NCBI RefSeq assembly: GCF_000143415.4
Contig: NW_003314390.1
Span: forward strand, 272,973 to 336,972
Length of the DNA stretch: 64,000 bases
Reading direction: 5' to 3'
Source of the DNA: Selaginella moellendorffii
Lineage: Eukaryota > Plantae > Lycopodiophyta
The notes under the pieces: generated by a model
What the model saw: the letters and a program-made list of their open reading frames with translations, nothing else
What the model was told of the DNA's origin: nothing
The model's database searches: none
Position numbers and translations under genes: made by a program
In this document: piece after piece, positions 27,606-37,662 of the stretch
Layout: each line of letters opens with the position of its first letter
Position numbering within the stretch: position 1 is the stretch's first letter

Positions 27606-29046
27606 TCACCGCTTCCTGAAAGACTGCGCACGGAATCTTCCGGAGCCAAAGTTCTGAACGCGTCCAAACTCGCGCTGCTCTTTGATGCTCGCAAACAAGG
27701 AGTCGAGAGTGCGGTGCCTCTTGGGCACATCGGAGTAGTCATCCAACTGTGGCCACGAACAAACCAACATCTTTCACCACGAGAAAAAAGAAAGCCGAGA
27801 AGCTATGCATATCCATACCTTGTTGGATCCATATGGCATCCTCAGCTGGACCTGCATTGGACGGTCGTAGTCTTCAAAGTCGTCCCCCAGATCGTCACGA
27901 AATCGAAACTCATTGTCCCAGTTCATTCTCGCACCGCCGCCGCCGCCGCCGCCTCCCCCACGCCCTGGAGGAGGTGGCCTTTGCGTTGGTGCTGGCCTGG
28001 CAAAAACACGAAACCGTCATCAAAAGATCAGAGAGATACCGAGAGAGTAGAGAGAGCATTCCATCCATCATCCATATCCAGCCAGCCAGCCAGCATACTA
28101 CTATACACCGACGACGATCGCTTGAATCGAAAGAACCAGCGCCTTGGCTTGACAGCCATTCCAGAGCAGCCACCAAAGACCAAAGTCGTTCGAGCGAGCG
28201 GGCGGGCGGTCCACCATTCTGTCGACCACCCGCATTGCTGTTCTTGCCAGAGGCTCTTGCCATTTTCAGGATCCAACCCACACAGCAGCCACCAGTAGCA
28301 GCAGTCCAGGCAAGAGAGGAGAAAAAAAAGTGGTAATGCACCATCCAAGACTCACTTGCTGTTCTCATTCACCACCGAGATCTTGAGCTTCCCGGCGGCT
28401 CCCTCGTAGATATCCACTCTATCGCCGGGAGCCAAGTGCTTCCGGGGGAAGCCACTCCGCTTAAACATCTCGTTCCTGTGGCAAGCCAACCAAGTCTTTA
28501 GCCACCTCCGCTCCAAAACCATACAGACTACCTGTTGCCACCGCCGCCGCCGCCCCCGCCGCCACCACGGCTCTTGATGGGTGCGTGATACGGCCGAGAT
28601 CCAGAGTAGAAAGTCTCGCTCCTTCGCTCGGGAATCCTTCCCTGGAGGAGAGAAACAACGCCCAAGTCACATCCATACTTGCACAAAAGCTTCCTTTTTT
28701 TTTCCATGCCTGGCGGATTGCGGCGGAGCGAGAGGCCGCGGAGCGACGAATTGCCTCTCGGGCGTCTCGCCGCGGCGGCGGAGGGCGCTCGCTGCTGCGG
28801 TGTGAACCGTTGCTTCTCACGGGGCTGTGCATCATGGTGTCGCGGTTGAGCTTGATGATCTCATCTACACAGGGAAGAAAGAGCACGCATTTCATCCATC
28901 AGCGCCAGAGAATGCCAATGCAAATGCCAGTGCCAGAGCAGCGAAAATTTACCCAGAGACATGTCCATCTTCTCCTCCTCGCCCTCCTCCAGCTCATTGT
29001 TGAAATCCTCCTCGCGGGGCGGAGATACCATCTGGCTGCTGGACAT
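27606..29046 (-). CDS. UAP56-interacting mRNA export factor (UIEF/FYTTD1-like)
   Basis: N-terminal KMDMSL|DEIIKLNR (UAP56-binding motif), Gly/Arg-rich middle, C-terminal RTLDSLFASIKEQR. The last exons were translated by hand and are missing from the ORF track. Confidence 0.75.
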
Positions 29047-30186
29047 GGCGGAGCGATCTCTCTCCCCCGCCCCGCCCGTTAAACCCTAGTGTAAACCCTC
29101 GCCGCTCGTTCTCTCGCCCCACCCAGGATAGCAAGCCAAACAAGAGATTGGGCTAGCAAGATATTTCCACAGCCGGGAGCACATCCTGGCCGTCCATATC
29201 CAACGGCATAGATGCAACCTTCACCATGGTTAACTATTAAAACCTTAATCCTTTATTAAGGCCGAACCTCCGAAGTTGTGTTTTGTTCGAGGCGTGTGAA
29301 ATGCACCGATATTCCTTTTGGAAAATCTGCATTAGAAAATAGTAGAGATGTAGAGAAATTGGCAAAGAGAGTTAGTTATATAAATGAGGGCAAAAATAAA
29401 AGATTAATAATGTTTAAAAGTGTTTTTTAGTAAGTGATGAAAAGATTGTGAGTATTAATGAAATTGCACTCAATTTTTAATGAGCTTTAGAGTGTTTTTG
29501 GAAAGCCTTGATTTTAACTATATCTCACAGTCAGCCATTAGTAATAAAGCATCCTTAACAATTTTGCTTACATCTTTTGCAACTTTTCTAAATTCCCAAT
29601 TGGGCATAATGTAGTGGAATCTACATAGTATAATGCCTTTTGGTCTCAGTTCTAATAAAGAGATAAGTAGCAATTGCAAACTTAATTGGATCTTGCAAGT
29701 TAAAAAATTCTGGTGTGGGAGACTTCTAATTGAGAATTACATATGTGTTTGACTGAGGGGCCCATAAGATCTTTAAATATTTGTTGGGAATTATAGTACT
29801 CTCACCACATTCTTGGAAAAACTTATTATACAGTTGGCCACATGGCAAAATATCCATTAGTAATGTTCTGCACAAGGGTTTAAAGGTTAGGGTTCTTGGA
29901 AGATAGTAAAGGATATGATATGTCTTTAAATATTTGTTAACATTACGTGGGCACAAGGGTTCTTGAATTGAAAAATTATAGTAAAGGATATGATATGAGC
30001 AGATATAATAACTTTCTGAGACATTTGATACCTGAAATTTATTGTAGCGGAATCAATTTATTATGTCATCAGATTTGGAAACTTACAGGATTGAAACTAG
30101 ATCCTATTTCACAAATTTTCCATTTACAGATCACCTACACGTATGTTGGTATTTTCATAAAAAGAGACTATATCAAATGCCCGAAG

Positions 30187-32068
30187 TTAAAATCCGGGGC
30201 TGAAAGCATGGAACCTCCAGTAGACAAGGCGCGCCCTGGCGCCTCTCAAGGAGCTCCACTGCTTGCAAGCGATGGCCTCGGTCGCACTCTCGACGCTGGT
30301 GAATTCCACCAGAGCTTCCCTCCGCTTCCTCCCCTCCCTCGCCTGCGACACCTCCACCTTGACGATCACACCATGCTCCGCGAAGTGCCTCACCACGTCC
30401 ACCTCTTGGATGTCCGGCACCAGGTTGGAGGCGTGGATCACCTTGGTCGGGGGGCAGCACTTCTTGGCATACGCGTACAGGAACCGGTTCCCAGTCCCCC
30501 AGCTGTAGAAATGCGTGTGAGGGTGCCGCAAGCATGAGTGATCTGATAGAGTGATCTCCATTTTCTTTCCAAACAGTGAAACTCCCTGCAACCACGCTTC
30601 AGCAGTGACAAGCACAAGCTAAACTCGACAGCTCTTGATACCTTGAGGCAGGCCATCGCAAGGTCCGCTTGGAAGCCGTCGCTCATCTGTACCAGTGCGA
30701 GCTCTGGTTTCACAAAGGAGCCTTTGATTCGCAGGACATTTCCGTAGACCGAGAAGAGGTTGTACAGCTTGTGCTCGTTTATCATCTGCAAGCCACAAGC
30801 CACGGCATTCAAGCTGTTCAGTCCAACGTAGTTAAAGGACCGCTGAGACGATCTCATACCCGCGTGTTTAGATTCGAGAGGAGCAGCACGCAGCGCTGGT
30901 TCGTTGTTGGACCTGAAGGCAACAGCCCGGAATTCCCTGGCTTGTAGCACAGCAAGACAAAAACGTATCAAACTCTGTACCGACATCGGACACCGGGTTT
31001 CATCAGGTGAACGTTTCCTGCGCCGAGAATGGACGGAAACCTTGCACTTGGCAAAGAACTGTTTGTGAAGTCTCTGCCAGAAAAGAACCACCAGATATAC
31101 ATGACTGGGAGAAAAGAAAACCGGAACGTAGTACCTGGAAAGATCGTTATTGCATGCCACACGAACTTCGTCGGTCCTGGAAACGGGAGAAAGTGTAAGT
31201 GCGAGTGACTAGAAAGGTACAAACTCACCTTGAGTATTGGATTTCCATAGTGCACGACCCGTTCAAGATCTTGCTTTTGTGGAGACGATGCTTGGCTTCA
31301 CGAGCATCTCGTGGAGAAGCGTACTGGATGAGTGCCTGCGCAAGCACTGTGGAAGAAAGACATGAAAAGCCGCTATGAAACGAGGCAGGCCTACCAGTTG
31401 ACTGAGGAAAGATGGCAATCTTCTCGATGGGCCCGAAACTCTTGAAGGTCTGATGGAGGGCATCCACGGTAACGTGACATACCGAGTCTAGCATCGTCAC
31501 TAGAAGGATTGCGCTGCATGTTTCCTGAGCTTGGCACTCTTTAGCAAGAAAAAGAAAGCAAAGTGGTCGACTACCTCGGCCGGATAGAGCTCTTTACGAG
31601 CAGAGAACTGAATGGAAACGTCCCTCCCCCTGAGAAGAGATCTCAGTTACGAGCGAAAAGGAGAATGCGAGCACTCCCACCTTACGGTTGCCTGGCGCGA
31701 TGCAAAGTGCCGGATGACTAGAAAGGCCTTGGCGATATCTTGCATTTGAACAAAAGCCTTTCACAGCGAGAGAAACAGTGAGCAAGAAAGAAGCTCTCAC
31801 TCGCTTACTTGATTCCATGTCCTCAAGAGAACAATGCCGCTGACTCTTCCAAATGGGCGAACAAGCTCCACAAGATCGTCCTAGGTAGGAAAAACAAACG
31901 ATTCTTCTTCTTGCGACAATCCGATCGATCTCTTCTACTCACCTCGGCCACATCCTGCGCCAGGTTGCGGAGATGGAGCACCTTGCAGGGGGAAGGATTT
32001 GGGAGCTCGGGCTCGCGAGGATACGCGCCGCAAGCAAAGCGATGGTAGCAGCGCCTGGGACGAAGCAT
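30187..32068 (-). CDS. Divergent PTB3/hnRNP-L-like 4-RRM protein, copy A
   Basis: KVLHLRNL, VTVDALHQTFKSFGPIEKI, CTMEIQYS, KLYNLFSVYGNVLRIK, ALVQMSDGFQADLA, CCPPTKVIHASNL, EALVEF. Confidence 0.85.
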
Positions 32069-32107
32069 TCCCCCTTTAAAGCCTTTAAAACATACCTTTT
32101 GCTGTGG

Positions 32108-32131
32108 TTTAGGGTTTATCGATTAGGGTTT
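32108..32131. promoter_or_regulatory. Two telo-boxes in the 89-bp bidirectional promoter
   Basis: TAGGGTTT occurs twice between the divergent ATGs. Confidence 0.6.
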
Positions 32132-32157
32132 AAGGGTTATGTAGAGAGGGGCGAAGA

Positions 32158-34090
32158 ATGCACCAAGCTGCGTCGCGGCGCCTGCTCGCCAGGAGCGCAG
32201 ATCTCTTCTTCTCCAGGCGCTACTGCGCTTCCCCTGCCGCTGGCGCTCTAGAATCCAAATCGCTCGACGAGAATGGATCAAAGCTCGAGCTGGAGCCGTC
32301 CAAGGTCTTACATTTTCGCAATCTCACGCCATACATAAGACGGGTGAGCGGTCTAGATCGCAAAAAAGAAGAGAACATAAGGATTTCGGATTTGTTTTGC
32401 CAGGGTGAGCTTGAGAAACTGGTTCGTCCTTTTGGAAGCGTGACGAGTTACCGATTGACGACAAGGACTCAGGTGTGTACTTGTCAACAGAGAAGCTCAA
32501 ATGATCGTTTCGTGTCTTTCTTCCAGGCGCTCTTGGAGATGAAAAATGTGAAGCAGGCTAAGAAGGTCGTTGATCACTTTTCCTCGGCAAAGGCACTCGT
32601 GAAGTAAGTCATTTTTGTCTCCTTTTCCGTTCGTTCCAATTGCGTGAAAACAGAAAAACAGAAGTCTATGTTGGATTCTCACGGTTTCAAGAGCTAGAAA
32701 AGGATGTGTCCCGTCTAGCTGATCCGGTTCGTGCTAGACGTATAGCGTAAAGCCACCTAAAATCCAAACATTCTTTTGCAGAAACAAGGCGCGAGCAGCA
32801 AAGTCCTTGCAGTGACTGTTACCAATCCAATTTATCCCATCGACGTGTATGTGCTGCACAGGGTGTTCTGCCCCCATGGCAGCGTTGAGAAGATAACCAT
32901 CTCCCGCAAGCTTGGTAAGTTTGTATCACACTTCCGCGTGACGTCTTATGGAATCTATTCGCGTGCAGGTATTTGCGGGTACATACAATTCGATTCCGTA
33001 AAAACTGCTGCTCACGTCAAAGATCTTCTCAATGATCGTCACATTTTCGATGGTTGCTGTAAGATGGAAATACAATATGCCAAGTGTGTGCCTTGTCTGT
33101 TTCTTCACTTCATCCTTTCTAATCGATAATGTTTTTTTAAGGTCCCAGGAACTTGGAGTGTATTTTAATGATGACAACAACAGGTAGAGAACTCCACGCC
33201 AGGCCCAAGCTCTCAGGCTAATCGTTTCTGTGCAGGGACTTCAAGGACACTTCCATTCCTTCAAGAGTACGGAGCGATCCATCGATTCTGGGTGCTCCGC
33301 CCGTTGAAAGTGTACCGGCACTGACTGCAGAGGACGCGGCCGCTGGAGCACCAGCCGTTGTTCCCACGCCTTTCATCGGCCGGCGGAAGCGGGTTGTGCG
33401 CGTGTCCAACTTGAACGTCGAGGTAATCTTCTCCTTCTGGAAGTTCGGCTGATTCATGTGCTTGGACTTGCAGAAAGTTGATGAGGACAAGCTCTTCAAT
33501 CTTTTTTCTCCATATGGAAAGATAAGAAAGGTGCAGGTGATAAAAGTCACCGGTCAGGGCCTGATAGAGATGAGTGACGCGTTTCAAGCGGAACTGGCGT
33601 CAGCCTGTCTCAAGGTAACTTCCTCCCTTTATGGAGACATGTTCAAAACTAACGTCGGCTAGCATGGCTACAGGGTGCGCGGGTTTTCGAGAAAGAACTG
33701 GACACTGTGGTTGTAGACAAGGAGCTTAATCTCAACCAGAGCCGGGACTACACAGACGCGCACGACAACATTTTCTTTCCCAGCTTTGTGAGAAACTGTC
33801 GCGGTCCCTCGCCAACAATTTACGTGTGGGGACTCCCTTCAGGTGTCACCGATGCAGAGCTCATCACTCACTTTTCCCCGCATGGCGAGATAGCTGCCAC
33901 TGAGGTGTTTGCATCCGAGGAAGGGAAGCCGCGAGCACGAGTTCGATTTGATACCAAAGAACAAGCAACCGAAGCTGTCGCTTGCAAGCAGTACAGCGTT
34001 GTCAATGGCTCCACGATCCGGCTCGCCTTTGCGATCAATGGGAAACCAAAGAAAACGTCCAGCAGTAACGCAGCGGAGGCTGGAGACTAG
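32158..34090 (+). CDS. Divergent PTB3/hnRNP-L-like 4-RRM protein, copy B
   Basis: EPSKVLHFRNL, YPIDVYVLHRVFCPHGSVEKI, IFDGCCKMEIQY, DEDKLFNLFSPYG, EMSDAFQAELA, EQATEAVACK, IRLAF. Confidence 0.85.
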
Positions 34091-34318
34091 CCGAAAGAGA
34101 AAGAGGTACTTCCAAGCTTTCATAAATTCAACGTGTGGACTAAACCATACCAATGACCATTTCTCCTTGGTTGCAGATGTCAACGTTTCTCTCTTGCCTT
34201 CGACAGAGAAGCTGCGAATTGGAACTTTCTACGATTATGCATCACTGTGATGTCCATTTTTGACTTCGCGCAGATTAAAAGGTGTATGTTTCGGCGCACA
34301 GCCATCCGAGAGTTTGCC

Positions 34319-34943
34319 ATGGAGGGACAATCATCAAAGTATCTGATGGCTTGGCTTTTGATAGTAACGGTCGAGCTCCACTTCTTGGCAGCGGGGTGTC
34401 GGCTGCTAGAGCACGAGATCCCTTCTCGGGCAGTCGTGGAAGTTTCGGTCTATTGCGAGATTTGCCACGAAGGGCGCAGCATCAAGAACATAGCACTGCC
34501 TGGTCCGTACTATCTCCATCTCTATAAGTTCCTGTCGATGATCACCAGTTCTAGTGGAGTTTACATTCTCGGCATGGTTTGATCCAGGTGTTGTTGCGTT
34601 CCTGGAGTGCAATGGTGCTCGTGTCAGTGGCAGTAGCACCACGGACTCGTCCGGGAAATGGTCGGTGGATGTTCCCAGCGGCTACAACTTGGAGAGGGAT
34701 TGCCGGGTGTCCGTGCTCGAGCGCCCAAGTGGCTGTGGCTTATCGCCGGCCTCCAGCTCCATGCCAGACGTGAGACCGATCATACGAACGAGCAGCGATG
34801 GCAGCAGATTTGCCGCGGCCGAGCCTTTCGTTTACAACTCTCGCGATTGTGGCGAGAATGCGTATCGCCCAAGAAGCGCTCGCGCTCTTGCGGCCTCCAC
34901 GAATGCACTCAGCCTTGGGCCCCCGGATCCACCGCGGCCTTAG
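34319..34943 (+). CDS. Pollen Ole e 1-family secreted protein, 2 exons
   Basis: Signal peptide, VEVSVYCEIC, LPG|VVAFLEC, TDSSGKW, CRVSVLERPSGC. Confidence 0.75.
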
Positions 34944-35135
34944 ACCTTCTCATCACAGCTCGATTCGATACTGTATATTTCTCGTGATTCGTTTTTGAGT
35001 AAAGCATATTGTTGTATTCAAAAAATATGCCGAGTGTACGGAAGGGATATACCGCGGTCCGAGCTTGTGAAATGCGGGCTTGTTTTTGTAGGGCGGCGGC
35101 GGCGGCGGCGGCGGCGAGAAGAAGAAGAGGAGGCG

Positions 35136-37224
35136 ATGAGGTGGGAAGAGGTGGCCAAGGAGCGCGCAACGGGCAGAAGAATCCGTCCAGGCAAGCGATG
35201 GGGTCACACGCTCACTGCCGTCAACAATGGCAAGCTCCTCTTTCTCTTTGGCGGCTATGGCAAGATCGAGACGAGCCACGTCCATGTCTTCGATTCTGGT
35301 GAGTGGATCAGATGGAAAAATTCCTTCTTACACTGTGCCTTCATTGTTTTGGATTGAATTTGTTTTTGGCAGTGACAAAGTCGTGGAGCAAGCCTTTTCT
35401 GAAGGGCACGCTGCCTGCTCCCCGCGACAGCCATACATGCACAGCGGTGGGATCCAAGCTCTTTGTTTTCGGTGGCACCGATGGCACCAGTCCGCTGGAC
35501 GAGCTCTACGTTCTTGACACGAGTAACTTCTCGGCCAACTCCTAGAGCTTCCTTTCATGCAATGCGCTCTAGCCTTTCTTTTCTAGATCTTCTAAGAGTA
35601 ACTCCTAGAGCTCCCTGTCATGCAATGCAGCAACTTACACTTGGACAAAACCCGACACCAGTGGCGACATACCAGCGGCGAGAGAAGGACACAGTGCTGC
35701 TCTGGTTGGCGACGACCTCTACGTGTTTGGCGGCTGCGGCAAGAAGAAACAAGGCCAGGCTCGAGAAGTCTACTATGACGATCTCTATGCGCTCAGCACG
35801 AGTAAGTCCTTAACTTTGTCCTTCTCACAGTGAAGATGAGCTTTTGTTTGTGTGCGTAGCTTCATGTGCGTGGAGGAAAGTTTTGACATCGGGCCCTCGG
35901 CCTTGCTCAAGAGACAGCCACTCTATGTCATCCTTTGGAAACAAGCTCGTTCTTTTCGGAGGAGAGGATGTGCTCAACACGTACTTGGCGGACATCTACA
36001 TTCTCGATGTAGGTAAGACGTGCCCGATGAATTTCTCTTGTGAAGATTAGATTTGTCGACTGCAGGAAGCTTGGAGTGGTCCAGGCTGGAAACACGTGGC
36101 GTGAAGCCGGCTCCGAGGGCCGGTCACGCGGCCGAGCGTATTGGCAACAACTTGATCATCTTTGGTGGCTTTGCGGACAAACGAACGCTTTTCGACGATG
36201 TTTACGTTCTTGATCTACGTAAGTTGGAACCTTTTTCTTTGTCTGCCTTTCCGTTTCATAGCGTCATGTCTAACCTGGTCTTAACACACCTAGTTTTCCA
36301 GTGAGTGGTGAGTGGCACAAGCCAGAAGTCACAGGAAACGGGCCCTCTCACCGCTTCTCTCTCGCAAGCGATCTGATCGATCCGGAAAGAGGTGTCGTCG
36401 CACTTTACGGTGGATGTAACGGGGAGCTTGAAGCGCTTCCTGAGATGTTCTTCTTGCACACAGGTATCGCACTAAATTGTCATCACTTCTTTCTTTCTAT
36501 AGACAGCACAACATTTTTGCAGATCTTGTGACTTCTACTACTTCGAATCAGCAACAGGAATGTGATGGTTCACAGCAGCAACAACAAGTGCATGAACAGC
36601 CGGAGGTGTCGTTTAAGAGGGACTTGAGAGTCAGACGGAACACAAGGCAAGCTTCTTCGTCCACTTCCTCGTCCAGCTCGTCTGATAGCGAGCCAAGCTT
36701 GAAACGCCCAAAACTAAGCGGTGAGTTTTCAAGTTTCATATCTTTTCTGCCTATGATACCCTCTTACAGACGGACCAGAAACAAAGAGCACTGCTCGAGC
36801 GGTCCAGATCCCTTCTCCTTATAGCGTCAAGCCAGTGGCCGAGAAGATCTTCCAAGGCAAGATCACAAGCGTTTTTCATTACGGATATACGCTCGAAACC
36901 AGAATAGATGGCAAGCCTTTCCGTGGCGTGCTCTTCTCGTACAAACCAGGATTCACAGAGGCCGTAGAGTCATACTTGGCAACAGCAAAAACGAGGCAAG
37001 TCTTTGTACAGTTTCCATGTCCATCTCCTTTGCGAGTGTTTGCTTTGCTTGCCAGGCCAGAGACGAATGAAAGAGTGGAAGATTTCCACGAGAAGCCATC
37101 GCTACTAGGAGAGAGCGAATCAGTATTCTATCCTCCTCCTCCAATCTCTCCGCGTAAGTACAGGGATCTACTGGGGAGTAGCAGCAATCCTTTCTTGAAT
37201 GACCTTGCATGGCACTCGACGTGA
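35136..37224 (+). CDS. Kelch-repeat beta-propeller protein with conserved C-terminal domain
   Basis: MRWE..PGKRWGHT, PRDSHTC, AREGHSA, RDSHSM, RAGHAA with FGG motifs; C-terminal FQGKIT...GYTLETRIDGKPFRGVLFS. Confidence 0.88.
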
Positions 37225-37316
37225 TTGAATGCGTAAAAATCAATGTGGATAAGTACAGTTTCCTTCTTTCGCGTTCGAAGGGCCAAAAAAATCACCCACT
37301 CTAAGTTGAAGAAAAA

Positions 37317-37387
37317 TGCACTGCCCGGGAATCGAACCCGGGTCTGTACCGTGGCAGGGTACTATTCTACCACTAGACCAGCAGTGC
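37317..37387 (-). tRNA. tRNA-Gly (GCC)
   Basis: GCACTGCTGGTCTAGTGGTAGAATAGTACCCTGCCACGGTACAGACCCGGGTTCGATTCCCGGGCAGTGCA; full cloverleaf, A/B boxes, T5 terminator immediately downstream. Confidence 0.96.
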
Positions 37388-37662
37388 TCTGTGTTTTGTA
37401 GAAGCTTCTTAATTTACACCCTGTTGAAGAGGAAGATGAGGAGCTCACAAACTTTAATGAAAGTTTCAAAATCACCAAATCTTTTAAAAGGGAAAACACT
37501 CTTGGGAAGTTGCATAGTTCTCTGCTGGGGTTCGTCACGCGGCAAACAAGATGCTGCCTCAAATGATCGTGGCAGTTGTGACTAATGTAAACTTTGATAG
37601 AATCAAAGCTAATTAAAGCGCTTTCGCCCTTATTTTCGTTGTCTGGTGTTGTCAAAGTTTTG

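Noticed and set aside
27714-28368. About 195-aa plus-strand ORFs
   Set aside because: Antisense to the UIEF-like exons; the minus-strand model has conserved motifs and proper splice sites.
29230-30170. AT-rich spacer with a short duplication (AGGGTTCTTG...TAGTAAAGGATATGATATG)
   Set aside because: Possibly a TE remnant, but no terminal repeats or TSD were found.
37316-37585. 89-aa ORF MHCPGIEPGS
   Set aside because: Antisense translation of the tRNA-Gly gene.
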